Part shown: positions 50,518-60,393 of the stretch, one piece after another
Numbering within the stretch: position 1 is the stretch's first letter
Layout of the letters: every line of letters begins with the position of its first letter
Assembly (NCBI GenBank): GCA_965206745.1
Contig: OZ242220.1
Coordinates: 1,536,001 to 1,600,000 of the forward strand
Origin: Nitrosopumilus sp.
Lineage (GTDB): Archaea > Thermoproteota > Nitrososphaeria > Nitrososphaerales > Nitrosopumilaceae
Direction: 5' to 3'
DNA: 64,000 nucleotides
Position numbers and translations under genes: made by a program
Notes under the pieces: model-generated
What the model was told of the DNA's origin: nothing
The model's input: only the letters and a program-made list of their open reading frames with translations
Database searches by the model: none

Positions 50518-51345
50518 TATGACATGGAGCATGATACCATTGATGAGAAAAAAGGTCCAAATACACCCCCCAGTGTATTTCCATCTGAAGCATTTGATGA
50601 AAAGGCTTCAATCTGAGCCATCCTTTGCGCTATTTTAATTTTTAATAGGGCGCAGATGGGCAATTTTTGAATCAGGGCAGGAAACGTATCCCAGGTCTCT
50701 CCGACTAAACTCGAAGACCAGTCAGATATGGTAGGATAACCTCCAATGATACTTGAAATGCCAACATTACACCAGTTGATGCATGCAGCAGGGTTTGGCA
50801 GTGTACCCGCAGTACGCTGCCGGCATCTTTTATCTGAGATGGGAGACAGATACAGCAGGTGGCAGCAGACCTTTGGATGCCTCATATTCTGAAGATTCAG
50901 CAGGACAAGGGATTACACCTGCCGGTTCCCTTACTGTATATCTTTTACACCAGGAAATCCCCTGAGGCACCCTGCCAGCAGTCAGATAGTGATTAAAGGT
51001 ATCATGCGCAGCCGATCAGAATAGTGCAACTGCAGGCATCTCAAAGGATAAAACAAGAACACAGTGTGACGATTCATTATCAGTGTGAGAATGCCTCTGA
51101 TATTATCTTGCAGGTTTTGTACAGTTGGCTTGGTGAGAGTATATCATGGAACAGGTGAGGGGATTCTTTGGGTGCCGTCTCCCAGTTGTATGGTGCATCC
51201 GGTTCGGGTCAAATGTTGCAAGCAGAATCATCATGTGTGGACAGAACAATATTCAAAATGGCAAATGACGGATTCTCTAATTTTATTGGTTTGAGATATA
51301 GAAGAGATTCAAAATCAATAAATGCTAGTATTACAATAATAAAAT

Positions 51346-51564
51346 ATGGAATCTGACAATAATCGAAAATTTACTATTATAGTTGAAAATGAGGATGATT
51401 GCTGGTATAGTGGTCAATGCTTGGAAGTTCGAGAAGCTACAAGTCAGGGCAGTTCATTAGATGAGTTAAAAAAGAATATGAAAGAGGCTATACAATTATC
51501 TTTAGAATATTTAGAAGACAAAGCCAGAAAAGAAAACAAAGAGATCATCGAGATCTCGGCATAG
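51346..51564 (+). CDS. hicB: HicB-family antitoxin
   Basis: FTIIVE.EDD..Y...C.E......QG..LDEL..NMKEAI.L.LE is the HicB pattern. Confidence 0.85.
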   Translation: MESDNNRKFTIIVENEDDCWYSGQCLEVREATSQGSSLDELKKNMKEAIQLSLEYLEDKARKENKEIIEISA

Positions 51565-51682
51565 CCAAACCTTGAAAATCATAACTGGCGTGTTTGGTGA
51601 GAATTCGGGTCAAATGTTGTAATGAGAATCATCATCTGTAGAGCCTCAATTTCTTATATGGCACCAGAACAATAATGCAAAC

Positions 51683-52183
51683 ATGACAAAGATTACGGCA
51701 TACATTGCATCTAGTCTGGACGGATTTGTTGCAAGAGAGGACGGCAGTGTCGACTGGCTCCCAGATACAGCCGGAACAGGATATGACGCATTTTACAAGT
51801 CAGTGGATACCGTGATTATGGGCAGGGTCACATATGAGCAGATTCTTACATTTGGAAAATACCCATACAAGGACAAAAAGTTACTTGTTTTTACCAAGAC
51901 CAGTCAGAGTAAAGAGGGTGTGGAGTTTGTCTCAGACGTTGAAAGTTTTGTGAGGACAGGCTTTCCCAATGCGGGGGAGAATATCTGGCTGGTTGGAGGG
52001 GCACAACTCTTCTCATCCTTTCTCAAGGAAGAGGCAGTCGATGAGATAATCATATCAGTCATTCCAGTCATCTTGGGCAAGGGAGTGCCCCTGTTTACTG
52101 GTATGAAAGAGATAGAGCTTGAACTGGTCAAGACCAAAGAATACGGGCAGCTGGCAGAGATACATTACAGGGTTTTAAGGTGA
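51683..52183 (+). CDS. Dihydrofolate reductase / RibD C-terminal domain family protein
   Basis: YIASSLDGFVA..DG..DWL, VIMGRVTYE, IWLVGGAQL and DEIIISVIPVILGKGVPLF motifs. Confidence 0.9.
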   Translation: MTKITAYIASSLDGFVAREDGSVDWLPDTAGTGYDAFYKSVDTVIMGRVTYEQILTFGKYPYKDKKLLVFTKTSQSKEGVEFVSDVESFVRTGFPNAGENIWLVGGAQLFSSFLKEEAVDEIIISVIPVILGKGVPLFTGMKEIELELVKTKEYGQLAEIHYRVLR

Positions 52184-52661
52184 TGTTTGATTTCAGAGAT
52201 CATTGGCAGAGTTCAGCTCAGGTGGCTTGAGTCAGATATGGTGATCAGAATCACCATCTGTACGCAGAAGGGTTATTTCACAGAGAATTGATCAATGCCA
52301 CACAGGTTCAATGAATTTGAGGAGAACTGAAACTTTGGCATATGCATCGGAGAAACCCGTGCCAGTATGACTGAGTAAAAAAATATAGGTGAGGCTTTTG
52401 TCTATTCGCCCTGATATTCATCATTGTTTGGATTCAATTGATCACTATGATTGTCGTTATCGGATTGTTTATCCATGATTTGCATTGGTTGGTTTAACTT
52501 AAAATGATTACGATCCAAAGCTCTGTCAATGTGAATCTATAAAGATGATCCAGACAGTATCTGGCAATCACAGCAGTTAATTTTCTGAGCACCATTTTGC
52601 TGCAAATAGAAAATATCTGTCAGAGTCACCAAGATACAAACCCGAATCCTGACTTGGCCTA

Positions 52662-55600
52662 TCAGCAGGTAGTAGTCATGTTGTATGCGCGTATCAGGTC
52701 CAGCGTATCGGCATACGAATCTGAGGACTCGTCAAGGGACTCGATTAATCCGCACACCTGCACCTGGTCGTACTGGGATATTTGCAGTGAGAGCTCCTGA
52801 AGCGGTGTCAGCTGTGCATCTGCCTCGATGATACTTCTAGATGGCAAAGGTTCCGTACCGAGATAAAAGTTGTCAAAGGACGTCTTTTTGCCCCAAGGGT
52901 ATATCCAGGGATCAGAAAGGTAGAGTTGTACCGTGATATCGTCTTGTCCTGATACGTACTGTGAAATGTCTTTACTAAATGTGCGCCATCCAGAATCAAG
53001 TGTGCCACCTGCAATCATGTATGTATTGTACAGGGAGTTGCCGTCAGTATCCGTTATTTGCAGTATGGCATTAGTTACTGTTGAAATAGTACCTAGTGAG
53101 GTTGCCCTGTAATCGACGCTGAGGTGCAGTGAATCATCCGGATCATGGTTCTCAAGGGAGATGTCTCTATTAATTCCGGCATCTGCTCCAAACCCGTTGC
53201 CTCTAATCAGGGCAGATGATGCGGGATTGCCGTCAGTTGCAGAGAGTTCAAGTATGTAATTGTTGTAACGCACGTGGCCTTGCCATGTGGGGGGACTGTG
53301 TATTGATTTGACAAACTCCCAGGAATCAAGGTTTGCAAAGTCATCAGTTATGCTTGCAAATATAGCGGCATCAATTGTAACTGAGAAGGAGTCCTGTACA
53401 AAGTTGTCGTTTGCATCAGTTGCAGTGCATGTGACTAGAGTGCTGCCGACAGGGAAAGAATCTCCCGAATCATGACTACACAGTATGGTGACTGGGAAGA
53501 CGTCAGTTACAGTCGGAGTTTCAAACTCGACAACATCACGATTCGCATGCGTCAGGGCGATATCATCTGGGAAACTGGTAAAGACGGGCTTTGTCGTATC
53601 CTGAACCCTCACAGTCTGGGTATCATTGGTAACATTATCTGAATCATCAGTTGCAGACCATGTAATAGTAGTCGAGCCTAGAGGGAAGGAGTCAGGGGCA
53701 TCATTGGTAACTGTAACATCAGAATCTACAATATCGCTGGCAGTCGCACTGCCAATATCCACGGGGGTTAATTCATCTGTAGCCTCTACAATGAGACTGT
53801 GAGGTACTGTAACTATTGGGCTTGTCGTGTCCCGTATGGTGACTGTCTGTATGGCAGTTGCCGTATTTCCAGAGATGTCCATGGCAGTCCACGTAACTCT
53901 AGTCTCACCTAGTGGAAAAGAGTCGGGGGAATCATTTGTTGCAGTTATGGTATCAATATTGTCTGTGACTGCTGCAGTTCCTATATCAACAAGAGTCAGC
54001 GCACCTGTGGCCTCGGCTATAACATCAGATGGCAGAATCAGCATGGGTTCTGTCGTATCCTGTATCGTCACTTTCTGGGTATCAGTTGCAGAATTATCAA
54101 AGAAATCAGTTGCAGTGTAGGTTACTATGGTGACACCAATTGGGAAGGAGGTCGGGGCATCGCTGGTGATGCGGGGTGTAGGATCAACTAGGTCAGTTGC
54201 AGTTGCGACACCCAGATCAATCATGGTAAGCAGGGTGTCAGTCTCGATGGTAATATCATCAGGGGCTGTAATGGTTGGATTTGTGCTATCATCAATGACT
54301 ACAATTTGGTCATATCGAGCCGTATTTCCGGAACTGTCTCGGGCAGTCCAGATGACAAAGGTTGCAGCAATTGGAAAAGAGTCAGGTGCGTTATTGGTAA
54401 CTGCAACATCAGGGTCTGCAATATCATGTGCAGTTACAGTGTCAATCTCAAGGGGGGTAAATCTTCCTGTGGCCTCTGCAAAGACGATGTTGGATGCCGG
54501 AATGTCAAAGTACGGGTCTGTAGTATCCCGTATGGTGACTGTCTGTATGGCAGTTACCGTGTTCTCAGAGATGTCAGTTGCAGTCCACGTCACCAGAGTG
54601 TCACCTACGGGGAAGGAGTCAGGCGCGTCATTTGTTGCAGTCAGGGTATCAATATTGTCTGTAACTGTCGCAGTTCCTATATCCACAGGGGTCTGTACAC
54701 CTGTGGCCTCTACGGTAACATCAGATGGCAGAACCAGCACAGGCTCTGTATCATTTATGGTTATCGTTTGCGTGGCAGTAACAGAGTTGCCAGAGTCATC
54801 AGTTGCAGTGTATGTCACTATGGTTATGCCGATTGGAAATGAGTTTGGGGCATTACTGGTAATAGTTGGCATTGCATCTACTGTATCTGTTGCAGTGGCT
54901 GCTCCCAGATGAATCATCGATATCAGGCTGGTGGCCTCAAGTGTGACATCACCTGGTGCCGTAATTACGGGATCTGTCGTATCCTGTATGAGAATGGTTT
55001 GCGTGTCATTTATGATGCCTCCTTTGTCGTCCCGGGCAGTCCATGTTATGATGGTGGTGCCAAGTGGAAACAGACCAGGTGCGTCATTTGTGACTGTGGC
55101 ATTACGGTTGATGGAGGCAGTGCCCAGATCAACTAGGGTCAGCTCCCCTGTAGCCTCCAGAGTCAGGCCATCAGGGGCGGTAATCTCCAGGGGTATGAAT
55201 TTGGTTATCGTAATGTCAAATGAGGCACTTGCCACATTGCCTGCCATATCCTGAGTTGTGCAAGTTACAATAGTGGTACCAAATGGGTGAATCACGCCGC
55301 TTGGAACATTGCATTCCACTGCAATTTGACCATCCAAGTTGTCAACTGCTGCCGGTCTGGTAAAAGGGACAACTGATGGACGGAGTAGATCCAGCACTAT
55401 ATCCTCAGGTACCTCTGATATTACAGGCTTTGCATCGTCCATTGTCTTTGCAATTAGTTGTACTGCATCAATCTGGATGGTGCCTTTATCCCCCTCAAGT
55501 AGCGGTGTTAATCTGAAGAAAAAGTCATTGCCTGCAAACTCGTCCAAGTTTACCGTAACTTGGAACCATCGCTGGTATGTCGACTGGCCCACGATTATAG

Positions 55601-56324
55601 CGTGCTTGTTCTCCCAGGTGCCATCTGGAGTCGCTGCGACCTCGAGGTTCAGCGAGTCCGTACTTGCAATCTGATCTCCAAACCAGACCCAGAAGACAAG
55701 GTCTGCACCGTCATATGTGGATAGATCCACCATGTCTGTAAAGTGCAGGGGACAGGAACCGTTGCACTCTTTGATGCTGATGATGCGGTTGTTGGTATCG
55801 ACAGGCAACATGTCTGTGGATCTCTGTATATTCCACTGGCTGGATAATATCCATCCGTCAGTACCATCCCACTGCTGCTCAAAGAATATCATCTCTTCAA
55901 CTCCAGGTGTCGGTTCCCGTGTGGGTATGACTATGGGGGACTTTGTAGTAAGTGTCACTGGAACATCAATTGTCTTGCCGGCATTGTTATCTCCATCAGT
56001 GACGTTCACTGAGAAGGCAAGGGTTGTGGCCAGCTCCCTTACTATATAGGGCACCCGAAAAGATGCCGTACTACTGTCTGCATTTTGCAGCATCACAGCA
56101 GGTGCATCACCGTCTGTCTGGGACCATGAGAATGTCAAGGGATTATCACTAGTTGCACTGGCAGTCAGTGTCACTATGTCATCGCTCTGGTAACTTTGGC
56201 TGACAGGTGCAATGGAGAGATTCAGATCTGCATCTGAACTGTCAGGTGTTCCAACTTGAGCTTCTGCGAGGCCGACTGGGACTAGCATGAAAATAAATAA
56301 TAAGAACAGTGTTTTGTTCATCAA
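52662..56324 (-). CDS. HYR-repeat surface protein P3 (no FN3, variable tip domain, intact tail)
   Basis: 1220 aa, colinear with P1 and P2. Confidence 0.9.
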   Translation of the reverse strand: MMNKTLFLLFIFMLVPVGLAEAQVGTPDSSDADLNLSIAPVSQSYQSDDIVTLTASATSDNPLTFSWSQTDGDAPAVMLQNADSSTASFRVPYIVRELATTLAFSVNVTDGDNNAGKTIDVPVTLTTKSPIVIPTREPTPGVEEMIFFEQQWDGTDGWILSSQWNIQRSTDMLPVDTNNRIISIKECNGSCPLHFTDMVDLSTYDGADLVFWVWFGDQIASTDSLNLEVAATPDGTWENKHAIIVGQSTYQRWFQVTVNLDEFAGNDFFFRLTPLLEGDKGTIQIDAVQLIAKTMDDAKPVISEVPEDIVLDLLRPSVVPFTRPAAVDNLDGQIAVECNVPSGVIHPFGTTIVTCTTQDMAGNVASASFDITITKFIPLEITAPDGLTLEATGELTLVDLGTASINRNATVTNDAPGLFPLGTTIITWTARDDKGGIINDTQTILIQDTTDPVITAPGDVTLEATSLISMIHLGAATATDTVDAMPTITSNAPNSFPIGITIVTYTATDDSGNSVTATQTITINDTEPVLVLPSDVTVEATGVQTPVDIGTATVTDNIDTLTATNDAPDSFPVGDTLVTWTATDISENTVTAIQTVTIRDTTDPYFDIPASNIVFAEATGRFTPLEIDTVTAHDIADPDVAVTNNAPDSFPIAATFVIWTARDSSGNTARYDQIVVIDDSTNPTITAPDDITIETDTLLTMIDLGVATATDLVDPTPRITSDAPTSFPIGVTIVTYTATDFFDNSATDTQKVTIQDTTEPMLILPSDVIAEATGALTLVDIGTAAVTDNIDTITATNDSPDSFPLGETRVTWTAMDISGNTATAIQTVTIRDTTSPIVTVPHSLIVEATDELTPVDIGSATASDIVDSDVTVTNDAPDSFPLGSTTITWSATDDSDNVTNDTQTVRVQDTTKPVFTSFPDDIALTHANRDVVEFETPTVTDVFPVTILCSHDSGDSFPVGSTLVTCTATDANDNFVQDSFSVTIDAAIFASITDDFANLDSWEFVKSIHSPPTWQGHVRYNNYILELSATDGNPASSALIRGNGFGADAGINRDISLENHDPDDSLHLSVDYRATSLGTISTVTNAILQITDTDGNSLYNTYMIAGGTLDSGWRTFSKDISQYVSGQDDITVQLYLSDPWIYPWGKKTSFDNFYLGTEPLPSRSIIEADAQLTPLQELSLQISQYDQVQVCGLIESLDESSDSYADTLDLIRAYNMTTTC

Positions 56325-56751
56325 TTAATTAGGATCACGTGGTATATAGATAATTCTAACCAGTTGCGATCTGCAAACTATTGGGATAAAATGTGAAATA
56401 ATTACCAAATAAAGTGCAATTTTTTGAATTTTTCAATCCACAGTTGTCGCTCAGATGATGCAAAAATGGATTTTTGACAGTTATCGGTGCTGTACAAATC
56501 AATTTGGAGCTAGATAGGGTGATAATATGATCGTATGAATTTTAGATATACTTGGACTGCAATCAATAGGAAGAGACGTATGAGAGTATTACATTGATCT
56601 GAGGGATCAAAAGGTGACACAAAACAGGCATGTCTTTTGACTATCCATAGATGTCATAAGACATGTCAGATGAATGCAGGAATTCCAGATGATCACATTA
56701 TAAAATTAATAAAAAGATCAGCCCAAGTGCAAATCCTGACTTGCGTATCTA

Positions 56752-59700
56752 TCAGCAGGCAGTGGTCATGTTGTATGCGCGTATCAGTTTTAACGTATCG
56801 GCATAGATATCTGCAGACTCGTCAAGTGACTCGATTAATCCGCATACCTGTGCCTGATTATATTGTGAGATTTGCAGGGACAGTTCTTGGAGTGGTGTCA
56901 GCTGCATATCGGTATCACTGCTGATGTTTCCAAATGGAGGAGGATTCACACCGAGATAAAAGTTGTCAAAGAATGCTCTCTGCTGCCAGTCTTGATTCCA
57001 GGAATCATAGAGGTATAGTCGTACCCTGATACTATCTTGTCCTGATACGGACTGGGAAATATCAGTACCAAGTGTGCGCCATCCCGAATCCAATGTGCCG
57101 CCTTCAACTAGGATTATCCGGTCCAGGAAATAGCCATCTGCATCTATTATCTCAAGCCCGGCATTGGTTATGGTTGAACTACTAGACAGTGATTGTGCCT
57201 TGTAATCTACGCCGAGGTATAGCGGACCACCTGAGGTATAGTTTACAAGGGAAAAGTCTCTAATAATTCCGGCAATGGCTCCAAACCCGTCACCACTAAT
57301 CAGGGCAGATGATGTAGAGTTGCCGTCAGTTGCTGCGAGTTCAAGTGTGTAGTTGTTAAAGTGTTTAAATTCCACAGGGGTGGGTAGTAGTTTGACAAGC
57401 TCCCAGGAATCAAGGTCTGCAAAGTCATCAGTTATGGTTTCAAATATAGAGGAACCAACTGTTACTGAGAAAGAGTCCCGCACAGAGTTGTCGTTTGCAT
57501 CAGTTGCGATACATGTGACTAGCGTGCTGCCAATAAAAAATAAACCGCCTGAGTCATGACTACACAGCACGGTTACTGGAAAGATGTCAGTTGCAGTCGG
57601 AGTTTCAAACCTTACAAAAGTGTCATTTCCAGATATCACGGTGATATCATCTGGAAAGCTGGTAAAGACCGGCCTTGTCGTATCCTCAATGGTGACTGTC
57701 TGTATGGCAGTTGCCGTATTTCCAAAGATGTCCATGGCAGTCCACGTTACACGAGTCTCACCTACTGGAAACGAGTCAGGTGAGTCATTTGTTGCATTTA
57801 TGGTATCAACATTGTCTGTAACTGTGGCAGTTCCAATATCCAACGTGGTCAGCACGCCTGTGGCCTCAGATAGGATGTTTAATGGCAGAATCAGCACAGG
57901 TTCTGTCGTATCCTGTACCGTCACCCTCTGGATATCAGTTGCAGAATTGTTAAGGAAATCAGTTGCAATGTATGTTACTATGGTCGTACCGATTGGAAAG
58001 GAGGTTGGGGCATCGCTGATGATGCGGGGTGAAGGATCAACTAGATCAGTTGCAGTTGCAACACCCAGATCAATCATGGTAAGCAGGCCGTCAGCCTCGA
58101 TGGTAATATCATCAGGGGCTGTAATGGTTGGACTGGTATTATCACTAAGAACTATAACTTGGTCATACCGAGCCGTATTTCCAGAGTCATCCTCAGCTAT
58201 CCAAGTGACAAAGGTCGCACCAAGTGGGAAGGAGTCAGGTGAATCATTTGTGACTGTGACATCTGGGTCTGCAGTATCATTTGCAGGTATGGGGTCAAGC
58301 TCAAGGGAAGTCAATATTCCTGTGGCATTTACAAAGAGGACATTGGACTCTGGGATATCAAAGTATGGATTTGTAGTATCCTGAATCCTTACAGTCTGGG
58401 TATCACTGGCAGTATTGTTTGAGTCATCCCTTGCAGTCCATGTAATAATAGTCTCGCCTACTGGGAAGGAGCCAGGTGAATCATTTGTGACTGTGACATC
58501 AGGGTCTGCAATATCACTGGCAGTGGCATTGCCAATATCTACGGGAGTCAGCACGCCTGTGGCCTCTACTGTAACATCAGATGGTAAAATCAGTGTAGGA
58601 TTTGTCGTATCCTGTACCGTTACTCTCTGAATATCAGTTGCAGAATTGTTAAAGCTATCAATTGCAGTGTATGTCACTATGGTCGTACCGATTGGAAAGG
58701 AGGTTGGGGCATCGCTGGTGATGAAAAGTGCCGGATCAGCCAGATCAGTTGCATTTGCGACACCCAGATCAATCATGGTAAGCAGGCCGGTAGCCTCGAT
58801 GGTGATATCATCAGGGGCTGTAATGACTGGATTTATGATATCATTAATGACTACAATTTGGTCATATCTAGCCGTATTTCCAGAATCGTCCTCGGCTATC
58901 CAAGTGACAAAGGTTGGGCCAATTGGGAAAGAGTCAGGTGCGTTATTTGTAACTGTGACATTAGAATCTGCAATATCATTTGCAGGTATGGGGTCAAGCT
59001 CAAGTGGGGTAAATACTCCTGTGGCATTTGCAAAGATGAGATTGGACTCTGGGGTATCAAAGACAGGGGCTGTCGTATCCTGAATGGTGACTGTCTGTAT
59101 GCCAGTTGCCGTATTTCCAGAATTGTCCCTTGCAGTCCATGTTACTATAGTATCACCTACTGGAAACGAGTCAGGTGCGTCATTTGTTGCATTTATGGTA
59201 CCAGCATTGTCTGTAACTGTGGCAGTTCCTATATCTACAGGAGTCAGGACGCCTGTAGCCTCTGCTGTAACATCAGATGGCAGAACCAGCATGGGTCCTG
59301 CCGTATCCAGTACCGTTACTCTCTGGGTATCTGTTGCAGAGTTGCCAGAGTCATCAGTTGCAGTGTAGGTTATTGTAGTTGTACCAATTGGGAAGAAGGC
59401 CGGAGCATTACTGGTAACAGTCGGCATTGCATCTACGGTATCTGTTGCAGTTGCAGTACCCAGATCAATCATGGTAAGCAGACCCGTAGCCTCAAGTGTG
59501 AGATCAGCTGGTGCCACAATTACGGGATCAGTCGTATCCTGTATGGTGATAATTTGCGTATCATTTGCTATGCCTCCTATGTCATCCTGGGCAGTCCATG
59601 TTATGGTGGTGTTGCCAAGTGCAAACAGGCCAAGTGCATCATTTGTGATTGTGGCATCTCTGTTGGTAGTGGCATTGCCCGGATCAACTGGGGTCAGCTC

Positions 59701-60393
59701 CCCTGTAGCCTCCAGAATCAGGTCATCAGGGGCGGTAATCTCCAAGATGAATGAGTTTAGCGTTACATCAAATGAGGCACTTGCCGTATTGCCTGCAGAA
59801 TCTTGGGCCATGCAAGTTACAGTAGTGGTACCAAATGGATAAGTCGCCCCACTTGGCGGATCACACATCACTGCAACTGTACCGTCCACATTGTCAACTG
59901 CAGTAGGCTGGGCAAAGAAGAGAAGTAACGGGCGGGAGCTAATCCGTATTATGTCTTGAGGCACATTTGAGATTACAGGCTTTACATCATCCCCTGTATC
60001 GGGAGTCAGTGTTACTGGAACATCAATAGTACCTATGACATTATTCTGTCCATCAGTGATGCTGACTGAGAATGACAGAGTTGCATTATGCACACTCGTT
60101 GCAAAAGGTACATTAAAAGAGGCCACATGCATGTCTGCATTTCGCAGGGTTACTAGGGGAGCTCCGTTGGATATCTGGGACCATGAGAACATCAAAGGAC
60201 CAGTATTACTGAATGCACTGGCATTGAGACGTACTAGTTCACCACTTTGAAAAGTTGGGTTGTTAGTAGATAAAAAAAAGGCAATCAAGTCTGCATCTGT
60301 ACCATTGCCAGGTGTTGCCTCCTGTGCCTCTGCGAGGCCGACTGGAACTAGCATGAAGATAAATAATAATAGAAAAGGTGTTTTGCTCATCAA
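56752..60393 (-). CDS. HYR-repeat surface protein P4 (lacks the N-terminal jelly-roll domain, no FN3, sequon-rich)
   Basis: 1213 aa. It goes directly from the PKD-like domain to DDVKPVISNVP. Confidence 0.9.
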   Translation of the reverse strand: MMSKTPFLLLFIFMLVPVGLAEAQEATPGNGTDADLIAFFLSTNNPTFQSGELVRLNASAFSNTGPLMFSWSQISNGAPLVTLRNADMHVASFNVPFATSVHNATLSFSVSITDGQNNVIGTIDVPVTLTPDTGDDVKPVISNVPQDIIRISSRPLLLFFAQPTAVDNVDGTVAVMCDPPSGATYPFGTTTVTCMAQDSAGNTASASFDVTLNSFILEITAPDDLILEATGELTPVDPGNATTNRDATITNDALGLFALGNTTITWTAQDDIGGIANDTQIITIQDTTDPVIVAPADLTLEATGLLTMIDLGTATATDTVDAMPTVTSNAPAFFPIGTTTITYTATDDSGNSATDTQRVTVLDTAGPMLVLPSDVTAEATGVLTPVDIGTATVTDNAGTINATNDAPDSFPVGDTIVTWTARDNSGNTATGIQTVTIQDTTAPVFDTPESNLIFANATGVFTPLELDPIPANDIADSNVTVTNNAPDSFPIGPTFVTWIAEDDSGNTARYDQIVVINDIINPVITAPDDITIEATGLLTMIDLGVANATDLADPALFITSDAPTSFPIGTTIVTYTAIDSFNNSATDIQRVTVQDTTNPTLILPSDVTVEATGVLTPVDIGNATASDIADPDVTVTNDSPGSFPVGETIITWTARDDSNNTASDTQTVRIQDTTNPYFDIPESNVLFVNATGILTSLELDPIPANDTADPDVTVTNDSPDSFPLGATFVTWIAEDDSGNTARYDQVIVLSDNTSPTITAPDDITIEADGLLTMIDLGVATATDLVDPSPRIISDAPTSFPIGTTIVTYIATDFLNNSATDIQRVTVQDTTEPVLILPLNILSEATGVLTTLDIGTATVTDNVDTINATNDSPDSFPVGETRVTWTAMDIFGNTATAIQTVTIEDTTRPVFTSFPDDITVISGNDTFVRFETPTATDIFPVTVLCSHDSGGLFFIGSTLVTCIATDANDNSVRDSFSVTVGSSIFETITDDFADLDSWELVKLLPTPVEFKHFNNYTLELAATDGNSTSSALISGDGFGAIAGIIRDFSLVNYTSGGPLYLGVDYKAQSLSSSSTITNAGLEIIDADGYFLDRIILVEGGTLDSGWRTLGTDISQSVSGQDSIRVRLYLYDSWNQDWQQRAFFDNFYLGVNPPPFGNISSDTDMQLTPLQELSLQISQYNQAQVCGLIESLDESADIYADTLKLIRAYNMTTAC

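Larger units (their letters stand above)
51203..52262. repeat. Three direct repeats of about 35 bp (51203-51238, 51604-51639, 52229-52262) bracketing hicB and the DHFR-like gene
   Basis: Manual alignment gives 32/36 identity for copy 1 vs copy 2, and 27/34 for copy 3 vs copy 2. Confidence 0.8.

Noticed and set aside
50517-51340. ORFs 50517-50885, 51085-51294 and 51168-51356
   Set aside because: No motifs and no start context, so I cannot support them as genes.
51203-52262. CRISPR array or classical integron
   Set aside because: The spacing (about 400-625 bp) is far too long for CRISPR. There are no attC core sites and no IntI in the window. Kept only as an unexplained repeat finding.
22525-59842. 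Many + strand ORFs (e.g. 22525-23421, 34730-35506, 54127-54912, 57584-58384, 58858-59754)
   Set aside because: They are antisense shadows of the long repetitive - strand genes, with Ser/Val-rich translations and no domains of their own.
20346-60393. Diversity-generating retroelement as the source of tip variability
   Set aside because: No reverse transcriptase and no non-coding template repeat are visible. Differences between tips include indels and are not confined to adenine positions.
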